Shown here one piece after another: positions 1 to 9,090 of a DNA stretch of 64,000 nt (positions within the stretch are counted from its first letter, which is position 1; the number at the start of each line of letters is the position of its first letter). The notes under the pieces were generated by a model. It was not told the DNA's origin. It saw only the letters and a program-made list of their open reading frames with translations, and made no database searches. The DNA is from an uncultured Spirochaetota bacterium. Its GTDB lineage: Bacteria > Spirochaetota > Spirochaetia > SZUA-6 > Fen-1364. The DNA is taken from the NCBI GenBank assembly GCA_963845535.1, contig CAWJSK010000012.1, positions 320,001-384,000 of the forward strand, read 5' to 3'. The position numbers were made by a program, and so were the translations under genes.

Positions 1-544
1 TGATCTCATCCACGCGCACGTCGTTCTTCAGCGTGATCAGCTTTGGCGCGGACAGGAAGACCACTTTCTGAACGAGATCCGCTATCTCAGCATGGATGGA
101 GTTGTAGAAACCGAGGTTGAAGCGCCATGTGTGAAGGAAGCCTGTAATAAGGCTCCCGTCTTTTACGTTCCAGCACTGCAAGGAGACGAGGATCCGGTCA
201 TTCTCCTTGTAGTAGAACCCGGAAACGGCCATGTCTGCTCCGGCCTTCTGCCCCAGAAGGAGCGCCTGGGACGCTTCCGTCACGCGGTCCGGCGCCAGCT
301 TCAGGCGGGCGGCTTCCGCCAGCCAACTGTCGTTCGGCAAGATATGAAAGCCCACAGCCTGGAACTCCTGCCGAACGGCTTCGCTCAAAGCCGCCTGGTG
401 TTCCTGTTCGTCGTTCGGTGAAAGGTTGGCAAGGGGAAACACGCACACTGACGCGTCCGTGGCTTTGGAATCCGCGGACCATCCCCGGGGCACGGCAAGG
501 GTGAGCGGCAAGATGAAGAAAACCAAGGCCCGCGGGATTCGCAT
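1..544 (-). CDS. Exported hypothetical protein, TolB-N/CsgG-like N-terminal domain (runs off window edge)
   Basis: Manual translation from ATG 544: MRIPRALVFFILPLTLAVPRGWSA (signal-like), then VCVFPLANLS...AGADMAVSGFYYKENDRILVSLQCWNVKDG; open to position 1; absent from ORF track. Confidence 0.55.
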   Translation of the reverse strand, partial: MRIPRALVFFILPLTLAVPRGWSADSKATDASVCVFPLANLSPNDEQEHQAALSEAVRQEFQAVGFHILPNDSWLAEAARLKLAPDRVTEASQALLLGQKAGADMAVSGFYYKENDRILVSLQCWNVKDGSLITGFLHTWRFNLGFYNSIHAEIADLVQKVVFLSAPKLITLKNDVRVDEI

Positions 545-658
545 AACGCTTGTGCAGCGTAGGATATACCATCTCTGCAAGGTTCGACAAGGATTGCCTG
601 GGATTGCAGAGGATCGCCAACCCTTGTCCACGCCGCGGCAAGCCCGTACATTTGTGGC

Positions 659-1201
659 ATGGAAGACTCACCCATCCTGGAGGACGCCCTGGCCCTGTTC
701 CGCAACTACAAAACGATGGCGGAAAAGGCCATGGCGCAGGTGAACGATGAAGAGTTTTTTCAGCAGGTCGACGACGAGTCCAACAGCATCGCCCTCATCG
801 TCAAGCATCTTGCGGGCAACATGAGATCACGCTGGTCTGATTTCCTGACGGCTGATGGAGAGAAGCCGGACCGCGACCGCGACGGGGAGTTCGTCGCGGA
901 GGCGGCGGACACGCGAGCGAGCGTGGAAGCCAGGTGGAATGAGGGCTGGAGGATTGCCCTTGCGACGCTTGAGGGCCTGTCAGACAAGGACCTCCAGCGC
1001 AAAGTCAGTATCCGCGGGGAGCCTCATACTGTCCTCAAGGCCGTCAACCGGAACCTCACCCACCTCGCCTACCATACCGGGCAGATCGCGTTCCTGGCCA
1101 AGCATCTTGCCGGGCAGCGCTGGCAGACGCTCAGCATGCCGCGCAACAGGAACCGTGTTTCCACCCGGAAGGCTACAGGGAAAACGAGCCGGCCTCGTTG
1201 A
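659..1201 (+). CDS. DUF1572 / DinB-superfamily protein
   Basis: SNSIALIVKHLAGNMRSRWSDFLTADGEKPDRDRDGEF and HLAYHTGQI motifs. Confidence 0.8.
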   Translation: MEDSPILEDALALFRNYKTMAEKAMAQVNDEEFFQQVDDESNSIALIVKHLAGNMRSRWSDFLTADGEKPDRDRDGEFVAEAADTRASVEARWNEGWRIALATLEGLSDKDLQRKVSIRGEPHTVLKAVNRNLTHLAYHTGQIAFLAKHLAGQRWQTLSMPRNRNRVSTRKATGKTSRPR

Positions 1202-2155
1202 AGCTCAGCGGCACGGGTTCCTTGCGGATCTCGTCTGGCACCTTGAGAGCGGCGCTGCCTGTAATGGCGAACGTGCCCCTGCGCTGCGCAAAGAGCGCCC
1301 GTACATTGCGGGACAGCTTCTGGGAGCTGAACGTGTTCGTGACGGTGATGAGGTCTCGACCCTTTTCCTTGACAACGCCCGTGCTCTCTCCCGTCACGAG
1401 CTTTTCCCCGTTCACCGTCAGGTCATAACCAAGCTTGTCGAAGGACAACGGCCCGCGCGCGTCGTTGCGTATTTCCAGCGTGAAGCTCACGGTGAGCGGG
1501 ACGTCGAGGTCGGCGGGATCAATCACCGGCTCGGAGGGCGCCCTCCCCGCAAGGATGTTCTTGAACACGCCCAGGGCCTTGCCCGGATCCGTCTTCCTGC
1601 CCGCGCGGATGATCGCATCAGCGATCTGCTGCTGAGTGGGAGGCAGCACCCGGAAGTCGCGGATGGCCACGTGAGGCTTGATTGCCGGAATCTTCTTTTC
1701 GAAGGAATAGTTGAACGTGATGTCGTTGGGCAGGCCGGGATCTTCGGCAAAGGAATGACCAGCGTGCCGTCTATCACCGTGTTCAGCCAGTCCTTGGTGA
1801 CGTAGTTCTTCACGAGCTTGATGATTCCGTCATAGGCGAGCGTGACGGTGAACGTGTTCGATTTCTCACTGTTGGCGGGGACCGTGAACCCGCCCTGACT
1901 GGCCGCGGTGAACACCTTGGCGCCCTCCACGGTGAAGCCGAGCGTCATCCCGCTGAACCCCAGGTTGACGGGATACGGATTCTTCACGGCAAGCTCAAAA
2001 AGAAACGTCACGTCCCGCAAGGTGATTGCCTCGAGCTGGAAGCGCTTGACCTCCGCCGTCGGCTTCGGAACGTTGATATTGCCGGGCAGGCTGAAGGCCC
2101 AGAGGGAAGCCCCGAGAGAAAAGAGAACGAAGACAGGAAGCAATCGCCGCGTCAT
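1173..2155 (-). CDS. Exported LEA type 2 (WHy) domain protein, two domains; apparent 1-nt frameshift near 1735-1739
   Basis: Signal peptide; LAVKNPYPVNL and LEIRND beta-sandwich motifs; ORFs 1523-2155 and 1173-1670 join as KIPGLPNDITF if one base is restored. Confidence 0.65.
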
Positions 2156-2242
2156 GTGTGTTTTCCTCCGTCGACAGTATAGCCGATAGTATAGCGCTTC
2201 CGCGGTTTTCCTTCCGCGCTTTTTGTTCCTTATATTGCATGC

Positions 2243-3268
2243 ATGAGCATCAATTTCGCAATGTGGCGCAAGGCAACCTCGACACTCGTTCGGATGGACA
2301 GCAAGCAGGAATGGGACGCGCTGGATGTGATCTCCAAGTGGCTGATTGCCACGAGGTCAGGTGTCACCACGGTCACGATCTACTCGTGCGTTATCGCGGG
2401 CCTGCTGGCCTTGCGGAGCGGCGCTTTCCCCTGGCTCACGTGGCTGATCGTCACGGTGGGCCTCTTCCTGGCGCACGGAGCCAACAACCTCCTCAACGAC
2501 TACACCGACTTCAGCCGCGGCATCGACAAGGACAACTACTTCCGGACCCAGTACGGCGTGCACCCGCTCGTGCAAGGCTTCTGGGACAAGAAGACGCAGA
2601 TGCGGTGGTTCGTGGTGAGCGGCGTCCTTGCGCTCCTGTCCGCGCTGTTTGCCATTTTCTATTCCCGCTTTGATCCCGTGGTGATCGGACTGGTCGTGTA
2701 TGGCTCACTGATGCTGCTTCTCTACACCTACCCGCTGAAATACTTTGCGCTGGGCGAGCTCACGATTTTCTTGATCTGGGGGCCGGTCATGATCGGCGGC
2801 GTATTCTTCCTGCTGACCCGTCAGTGGAGCTGGGACGTGGTCATTGCGGGCGTCCCCTTCGGGCTCAGCACGGCAAGCATCAACATCGGCAAGCACATCG
2901 ATAAGTCGGCGGAGGACCGGCAGAAAGGCGTCGGCACGCTGCCCGTGCGCATTGGAGAGACCGCCGCCCGCTATCTCAACATAGCGGCCATCGGCCTTGC
3001 CTACGCGGTCACCCTGTACCTGATTGCCGTCCCGAAATTCCTCACGCCCGTGATGCTCATCGTCTTCTTCGCCGCGCCGCTGGGATGGAAGGCGGTCTCG
3101 CGGATGACCAGGCCAAAGCCCGCGGCTGCTCCGCCAGGGTATCCCATCTGGCCGCGCTGGTTTTCCACGGTGGCGTTCATGCACAACAGGCGGTTCGGAA
3201 ACCTCTTCATCCTCGGGGTGGCGCTCGACACCGTCATCCGTCTGGTGTTTCCCGGGTTCTGGCGATAA
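2243..3268 (+). CDS. menA: UbiA-family prenyltransferase, MenA-like (DHNA polyprenyltransferase)
   Basis: NNLLNDYTDFSRGID motif, YTYPLKYFALGE, D..ED..KGVGTLPV, multiple TM helices. Confidence 0.65.
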   Translation: MSINFAMWRKATSTLVRMDSKQEWDALDVISKWLIATRSGVTTVTIYSCVIAGLLALRSGAFPWLTWLIVTVGLFLAHGANNLLNDYTDFSRGIDKDNYFRTQYGVHPLVQGFWDKKTQMRWFVVSGVLALLSALFAIFYSRFDPVVIGLVVYGSLMLLLYTYPLKYFALGELTIFLIWGPVMIGGVFFLLTRQWSWDVVIAGVPFGLSTASINIGKHIDKSAEDRQKGVGTLPVRIGETAARYLNIAAIGLAYAVTLYLIAVPKFLTPVMLIVFFAAPLGWKAVSRMTRPKPAAAPPGYPIWPRWFSTVAFMHNRRFGNLFILGVALDTVIRLVFPGFWR

Positions 3269-3279
3269 GATATCGGCAT

Positions 3280-3780
3280 ATGATCAACGTCAAGCCCTTT
3301 TCCCATGAGCATCTCGAGGGTGCGCTTTCCGTGATCCTGCCCATCCAGCAGGAAGAGTTCGGGATCCCGATCACCATAGAGGACCAACCCGATCTGCTTG
3401 ATATCCCCGGTTTCTACCAGACCGGCAAGGGCAACTTCTGGGTGGCCCTTGCCGGGGTCAAGGTGGTGGGCACCGCGGCCCTCCTCGACATTGGCGGCGG
3501 CATGGCAGCCTTGCGGAAAATGTTCGTGAAAGCCGACTTCCGCGGACAGGGACGCGGCGTGGCTTCCGTGCTTCTGGCTCAGCTTCTTTCCTGGAGCGTA
3601 GCAAAAGAGATAGCGTCGATATTCCTGGGAACAACGGAAAAGTTCCACGCCGCTCACAGGTTCTACGAAAAGAACGGCTTTGTCGAAATCCCGAAAACGG
3701 CGTTACCAGAAAGCTTCCCGGTGATGAAGGTTGACACGAAGTTCTTCAAGCGCGCGCTTTCCGGAGGTTGCGCCTCCTAA
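3280..3780 (+). CDS. GNAT family N-acetyltransferase
   Basis: LRKMFVKADFRGQGRGVA acetyl-CoA motif; AAHRFYEKNGF. Confidence 0.85.
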   Translation: MINVKPFSHEHLEGALSVILPIQQEEFGIPITIEDQPDLLDIPGFYQTGKGNFWVALAGVKVVGTAALLDIGGGMAALRKMFVKADFRGQGRGVASVLLAQLLSWSVAKEIASIFLGTTEKFHAAHRFYEKNGFVEIPKTALPESFPVMKVDTKFFKRALSGGCAS

Positions 3781-4493
3781 AACGTCATGTGCATCCGAAG
3801 CCCGTGCCGGTCATGAGGCGGGTCCGCGGGAATGCTGACGGCAGCGCCGCGCGCAATGCGACACGCCGTCCAGAGAGCGGCGCATGCGTCCAGGAGGTCG
3901 TCAAGAGCCCAGGCGGCCCGCCGGGGGCCCGCGCTCAACAGGGCGTCGCGGGCAGCGGAGAACGCCGGCCCGAAAAACTGCACGACGAGCCTCTCCCTAT
4001 CCACCTTGCCTTGCGTTGACTTCTTGGAATGGGCCATCGGGACGTTGCGGTTCCAGCACCGGAAGCACAGCTCTGGATGCACTTCGTTGACGATTGCCTG
4101 GTACTCGGGATTCCCGATCAGGAAAGAATCCACCTCTCTGATCTTGGGAACGATGTTCCAGGTTTGCTGATTGATTTTTCGGCCGTCAGCCTTCTGTCCG
4201 AGGCTGCAGGCGTGGCGATAGCTCGTTGCCGCAAGGACGCGACGCACCGGCACCGCGAAGACGCTGCTTGACCGCGGTCTCCCGAGGAGCTTGCGCGCCT
4301 CAAGCTCGCAGGGCCGAGGCCCCGCCTCGGTGAGGCCGATGGGCATGTCGATGCCAACCACGGCCTCCTTCGGATCGAAAGCGAGGATCTCGTCTATACG
4401 GCTGAAGATGCCCGCGCGGAGTGCGCCAGTGCCGAGATCCTGCGCAACGTACAGCCAACCCGCCCGGCAGCCGTCAATTCCGAACGCTTTCAC
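3777..4493 (-). CDS. DUF429 family protein (predicted RNase H-like fold)
   Basis: GIDGCRAGW, IDMPIGL, EVHPEL, DDLLDA motifs. Confidence 0.8.
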   Translation of the reverse strand: MKAFGIDGCRAGWLYVAQDLGTGALRAGIFSRIDEILAFDPKEAVVGIDMPIGLTEAGPRPCELEARKLLGRPRSSSVFAVPVRRVLAATSYRHACSLGQKADGRKINQQTWNIVPKIREVDSFLIGNPEYQAIVNEVHPELCFRCWNRNVPMAHSKKSTQGKVDRERLVVQFFGPAFSAARDALLSAGPRRAAWALDDLLDACAALWTACRIARGAAVSIPADPPHDRHGLRMHMTF

Positions 4494-5853
4494 GAGCCTT
4501 CACGAAAGCCTGGACCGATCTCTGGACATCGTCAACCGTGGTCATGTAAGAGCAGACGCTGATCCTGATGGCGGGTTGGCCCTTCCACTGCGTGCCGCCG
4601 CACCAGCATTCCCCGGACCTCTGGATGGCATCCAGGGTTGCCATGGTCATTTCAGCAGACTCGCAGGTGACGAGGACCTGGTTGAAACACACATCATTGC
4701 AGATCGCGAAGCCTTCCGCGCCCAGGCGTTCGGCGAACATGGCCGCCATGTCGCACAAGCCATCCACCAGGTCGGCGACGCCGCGTCGGCCCAGGTTCTT
4801 CAGCGTTGCCCATAGCTCCACAGCCCGAGCCCTGCGCGACATGTCCGGCGTGTAAATCATGCCGTCACGCTTTTCGCTGTAAACGATGTATGCGCCGCTC
4901 ATGCGCATGGCCTTCGTGAGCGCATCCCTGTCCCTGCAAAACACGACGCCGTTATCATAGGGGGCGTTCAAAGTCTTGTGGGCGTCCGCGGACCATGAGT
5001 CGGCGAGCTCCATCCCTTTTGTCAGATGCCGATGCCTCCGAGATGCCGCGGCCCAGAGACCGAATGCGCCGTCCACGTGGACCCAGCATCCCGCGGCGCG
5101 CGCCTTCGGGCATATATCTGCAAAGTGATCAAAGGCGCCCGAGCTCACGTTTCCTGCCTGGAGCACGAGCAGCGTGCGCTCATCGAGCTTCGGCAGGGCA
5201 TCAGGCTTCATCCTCCCCTGGTCATCCACGGGGACCGTTTCCACACGCTGGCGTCCCAGACCGAGAATGGAAAGCGCCTTGTATACGGTGGAGTGGGCCT
5301 GTCCGCCCAGAACCACGCGAATCTCCGGGGCGCCGAAAAGGCCGCGGGCACCCGCGTCCCAACCCGCGCGGCGCAGCAGCTCGTCCCTGCCTGCCGCCAG
5401 TCCGCAGAGGGTGGCAGTCGAGGTGCCGCCCACAAAACCCGCGGCTGTCTTGGCGGGCAGGCCCAGGAGGTCGACGAGCCATTCCTCGCACACCGTCTCC
5501 AGAACGGAGGCGACCGGGGAGATCACGTACAACGCTGCGTTCTGGTCCCACGCGTCCGCGAGCCATTTCGCCGCAAGAGCTGCCGGCGTGATCCCGCCGT
5601 TGACAAACCCGAAGTACCTGCCGCCCGTCTGGGCAACGGTAGCAGGTGAACCGAGGGAATGCAGCATGTCCAGCACCACGCAGGGATCAACGCTTTCTTC
5701 CTGGAGCTTTTCGCTGAAAGCCTCCAGCCGGGCCAACGCTTCATCCGACGGAAAGACCCGCCGTGAAGCCGCGGCCTGCATGTAGTCGAGCGCATGTTGT
5801 TTGGCAATCTCGAAAAGATCCTCGTTTCCAACGTCCTGGCGCAGTCCTTCCAC
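4474..5853 (-). CDS. PLP-dependent group II amino-acid decarboxylase family protein
   Basis: WVHVDGAFG and ADSWSADAHKTL (PLP lysine); GRYFGFVNGG. Confidence 0.85.
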   Translation of the reverse strand: MEGLRQDVGNEDLFEIAKQHALDYMQAAASRRVFPSDEALARLEAFSEKLQEESVDPCVVLDMLHSLGSPATVAQTGGRYFGFVNGGITPAALAAKWLADAWDQNAALYVISPVASVLETVCEEWLVDLLGLPAKTAAGFVGGTSTATLCGLAAGRDELLRRAGWDAGARGLFGAPEIRVVLGGQAHSTVYKALSILGLGRQRVETVPVDDQGRMKPDALPKLDERTLLVLQAGNVSSGAFDHFADICPKARAAGCWVHVDGAFGLWAAASRRHRHLTKGMELADSWSADAHKTLNAPYDNGVVFCRDRDALTKAMRMSGAYIVYSEKRDGMIYTPDMSRRARAVELWATLKNLGRRGVADLVDGLCDMAAMFAERLGAEGFAICNDVCFNQVLVTCESAEMTMATLDAIQRSGECWCGGTQWKGQPAIRISVCSYMTTVDDVQRSVQAFVKARESVRN

Positions 5854-5949
5854 GGTTGTCCCCCTTGCTTGTTTCTACTCCAATCACGCAAAGTATGCCA
5901 GCTCGACAGAGTGCGGCGAATTGGGTACTTTGTGACATGGGAGCCAAAG

Positions 5950-6354
5950 ATGGAACGTGAGGACGCGACGGACCGCGCATTGGAGCGAGTGCTCGCGGTG
6001 ATGGACTCCCGTTTCGACCGCAAGCTCGACATCGACACGCTGTGCGACGAAGCGCACTTCTCCCGCTACCACTTCATCAGGACTTTCAGATCCAGGCTCA
6101 AGGAGACTCCGCACCAGTACCTCATGCGCAAAAGGATCGACAAGGCGCGGGAGCTTCTGGCCACGAGCGACATGTCGATCACGGACATTTGCTTCGCGGT
6201 AGGCCTTGAAAGCCTTGGCTCATTCAGCAGCCTTTTCCGCCGGGCCGTCGGCTGGCCTCCGTCGGTTTACCGCGCCCGCTCCATCGCGCAACGCAACTTT
6301 CCGCAGAAATACATACCCGCCTGCTGCTGGACCATGTTCGGCTTCCAAAACTGA
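5950..6354 (+). CDS. AraC-family transcriptional regulator (HTH-only)
   Basis: HFSRYHFIRTF, TPHQYL, SITDICFAVGLESLGSFSSLFRR. Confidence 0.85.
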   Translation: MEREDATDRALERVLAVMDSRFDRKLDIDTLCDEAHFSRYHFIRTFRSRLKETPHQYLMRKRIDKARELLATSDMSITDICFAVGLESLGSFSSLFRRAVGWPPSVYRARSIAQRNFPQKYIPACCWTMFGFQN

Positions 6355-6418
6355 GCAATTTTCAAGAAGCCGAGAAAAGATCGACCGTCGTATACTTGGC
6401 TTCCTGAGGAGGAAGAGT

Positions 6419-6835
6419 ATGACGGCGACGATTTCCCATATCAACCTGTTCGTTCGTGACCAGAAGAAAGCGTACGAGGTCTACGTCAACAAACTGGGGT
6501 TTGCCGTGAACACCGACATCACCATGGACAACGGAATGCGCTGGTTGACGGTCAGCCCTCCCGGCCATCCGGGCATCGAAGTCCTCCTGACGGAGCCGTG
6601 CTCTCCCATGATGAAAGACGAAATGGTGCGTCACATCAGAGCGGTCCTCGAAGCGGACGCCATGCCCGGGGGCGTCTGGAATACGGATGACTGCGAGAAA
6701 GCCTACGAGGAAATGAAAAAGAAGGGCTTTGAGTTCCTCAAGAAACCAACGAAGGAGTTCTATGGGACAGAGGCGTTATTCCGCGACGGTTGCGGGAACT
6801 GGTTCTCCCTCACGCAACGCCCCCCGAAGGGATAG
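6419..6835 (+). CDS. VOC / glyoxalase family protein
   Basis: MRWLTVSPPG, FYGTEALFRDGCGNWFSL; RBS GAGGAGG upstream. Confidence 0.85.
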   Translation: MTATISHINLFVRDQKKAYEVYVNKLGFAVNTDITMDNGMRWLTVSPPGHPGIEVLLTEPCSPMMKDEMVRHIRAVLEADAMPGGVWNTDDCEKAYEEMKKKGFEFLKKPTKEFYGTEALFRDGCGNWFSLTQRPPKG

Positions 6836-6878
6836 CGGCGCTGGGCCACAGCCGGGCTGGAGCTTGGGGCGGTATGCG

Positions 6879-6995
6879 CTGAACATTGCGAAAACGCAAA
6901 AAGTGGAAAAGAGTCTGCCACTCTTTGCGTTTTCGATAGGTGCGCGGGTGCTTGCCAGGAACGCGCAGGTACGGCAACATTTCGCAACGTGTCAG
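6879..6995. repeat. Structured intergenic element, copy A
   Basis: 17/18 inverted repeat 6889-6906/6918-6935; second hairpin TGCGCG/CGCGCA; outer inverted repeat; 43/53 nt identical to 62487-62539. Confidence 0.7.
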
Positions 6996-7047
6996 AGGCT
7001 TGATTGCCTTCCACTCCGAGAGTACTCGTTCGGAGGCGCGAAACGTC

Positions 7048-8241
7048 TCAGAAACTGACTTGCACTTCCACGCCATATTGGAAGTCGGGGCCGGGCCACG
7101 CGGCGCCGCTTCGGATGTCGCCGCTGAAATACCGACCGTAGACCACGAGGTTCGCGTTCTGCACCACGTTGTACGTGAACTGGAGCGTGGGGAGGACAAC
7201 AGACGCGGAGACGTCCCAGATCACGCTTCCCGAAAGCCCCGCCAGGTCCGTGAGCTGCCAGCGCGCCATGAAATAAAGGTAGTGCTGATTCAGGAAAAGG
7301 GCCGGTGCGCTGGCAAGGTCAACCGTGCCGAGTGAGCCGGGGACCGCCGGGTTGCCGTTGTAGTAATACTCCACCGTGAAAAAGTAGGTCTTCTCCATGG
7401 AGTAGTCCGCCCCAAGCATCCCTTCGAAGTACGTCGACCACGGGGAGTACAGGAAGTGCTCGACCGCCTCCCCGTAGACGCCCAGCTCGACGTCTCCCTT
7501 GAAATACGCGCCTGCCAGGACTTCATTACTCGCTCCCCTGTACATCCCCACCCCGGCGACGTCGAAATCGAACACGTTGCTGTAAACCTTCAACGCGGAG
7601 GTGAGCGCGCTGAAGCTGCCGGCAATCGTGCTCACCGCTTCCAGCCCTGAGACGTCGTTGAATTGGGCGTCAATCCTTGCAACGTCGCTTCCCGTGCGCA
7701 CGTAATTCAGGTCCGAGAGCAGGGGAACCGTGAATGCATCGATTGGTGAAAAGAGAGTCCCCACGCCGAAATTGATGATCTGCCGTCCCAGCGAAATATC
7801 CGCAAGAGACGTGAAAACATCGAGGTACAGCTTGCGAAGCTCCACAGTCACCGTGGCCGCTCCGGGCGCGGAGGCCATGAAGAGTCCCGTCGAAAGGGCT
7901 TCACTGGCCGCAAGGGGGGCATACGCGCCGGTCCAGACAGTGACGATCCCGGTGCCTTCGACCTTGGCGAACTGCTTGTTTCTATTCACCACGTTGACGG
8001 TGAATTGGGAAAAGCCGCCGGGAGTAATCCCCGCTGGGCTCTCGAAGCTGGTCTGAAGCGCGGAGGCATCCGCAAGGAGCGAACCGCTCACGTCCAGCCC
8101 TCCGGTTGCCTGCGCCGTTGTCTGCGCGGCTCCCTGCCCGGTCCCTTGCGCCGCCTCTTGCGCGGCTGCGCTTCCCGCAACGCATGCAACAAGCAAAGCC
8201 ACCACGGCGGAGGTCCGCATGAGCCGGGACACCGCGCTCAT
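7048..8241 (-). CDS. Exported protein, probable outer-membrane beta-barrel
   Basis: Signal peptide, LGRQIINFGVG...PID motif, amphipathic beta strands, C-terminal Phe. Confidence 0.6.
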   Translation of the reverse strand: MSAVSRLMRTSAVVALLVACVAGSAAAQEAAQGTGQGAAQTTAQATGGLDVSGSLLADASALQTSFESPAGITPGGFSQFTVNVVNRNKQFAKVEGTGIVTVWTGAYAPLAASEALSTGLFMASAPGAATVTVELRKLYLDVFTSLADISLGRQIINFGVGTLFSPIDAFTVPLLSDLNYVRTGSDVARIDAQFNDVSGLEAVSTIAGSFSALTSALKVYSNVFDFDVAGVGMYRGASNEVLAGAYFKGDVELGVYGEAVEHFLYSPWSTYFEGMLGADYSMEKTYFFTVEYYYNGNPAVPGSLGTVDLASAPALFLNQHYLYFMARWQLTDLAGLSGSVIWDVSASVVLPTLQFTYNVVQNANLVVYGRYFSGDIRSGAAWPGPDFQYGVEVQVSF

Positions 8242-8999
8242 CTTCCCAGGTTCCGCAGACTGAAGATAGATTCGCTCACCGGCGCGTCGAGGCGCACGTC
8301 CCTCATGATGAACTGCGTGCGGGAGCCCTGCTTGAGTTGGTCGGAAATCTCCTCCTTGACCGGGAAGAAGCGGTCACCGATCTGCTGGACCTCCAGGACC
8401 CGGCTCACCTTGAGGAGCTTCCCGCTCTTGGCGTACATCTCCTGCTTGAGCGCCACGAACCGCTCCTCATCCACCCACATCTTGCGCGTCTCATACTGCA
8501 CGTCCTTGACCGTGGCGTTGAGAGTCAGCACGTAGCATGGCCGGCCATCCACCGCCTCCTCTCCGCTCACGGTGACGGAGTATTTCTTGAACAGGTCATC
8601 ACTCTCCAGGGCATCCTGGTAGGAGACGTCGCTTCCCATCATCCCTTCCTTCAGCATGTGCCCCGATATCTTCACCGTGTCCTGCTCTGACGGGAAATAG
8701 ATCCACAGGTTCTTGTCGATCTTGAGGAACTTCGTCCCCTTGTCCTCGGGGTTCGTGAACTCGGCAATCGCTTTGCTCGTCCCCATGGCAGTCGCCCTCA
8801 TTTCCTTGGTCCGCACGGTGTCTCCAGAGTAGATGGCGAGAGTCCCGTCGTATTCGATGGTCCGATACGCCGTGTTGGCGTCCATCTTCTTGAGAATTTC
8901 ATCGCCCGACAGGCTGACGGGAGCCGCTGAGCATGCCCCCGTGCCTGCCGCAAAAATCAGCGCTGCCGTGAATATCGTGCGCAGTGTTTGTGCTTTCAT
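8238..8999 (-). CDS. Outer-membrane lipoprotein-sorting protein (LolA-like)
   Basis: EFTNPEDKGTKFLK..LWIYFP...MMGSDVSYQD; FSLRNL C-terminus. Confidence 0.8.
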   Translation of the reverse strand: MKAQTLRTIFTAALIFAAGTGACSAAPVSLSGDEILKKMDANTAYRTIEYDGTLAIYSGDTVRTKEMRATAMGTSKAIAEFTNPEDKGTKFLKIDKNLWIYFPSEQDTVKISGHMLKEGMMGSDVSYQDALESDDLFKKYSVTVSGEEAVDGRPCYVLTLNATVKDVQYETRKMWVDEERFVALKQEMYAKSGKLLKVSRVLEVQQIGDRFFPVKEEISDQLKQGSRTQFIMRDVRLDAPVSESIFSLRNLGR

Positions 9000-9019
9000 A
9001 GGTCGCCCTTTCTCTGGCC

Positions 9020-9076
9020 AGGGCGCTTTCCGCGCATCCCGAGACTGCGGGGTACCGCAGTGGGGCTCGGCGCCCT
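9020..9076. repeat. Intercistronic nested GC-rich stem-loop
   Basis: AGGGCGC 9020-9026 / GCGCCCT 9070-9076 enclosing ACTGCGG-ggta-CCGCAGT. Confidence 0.5.
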
Positions 9077-9090
9077 TTCGCCTTCCATGG

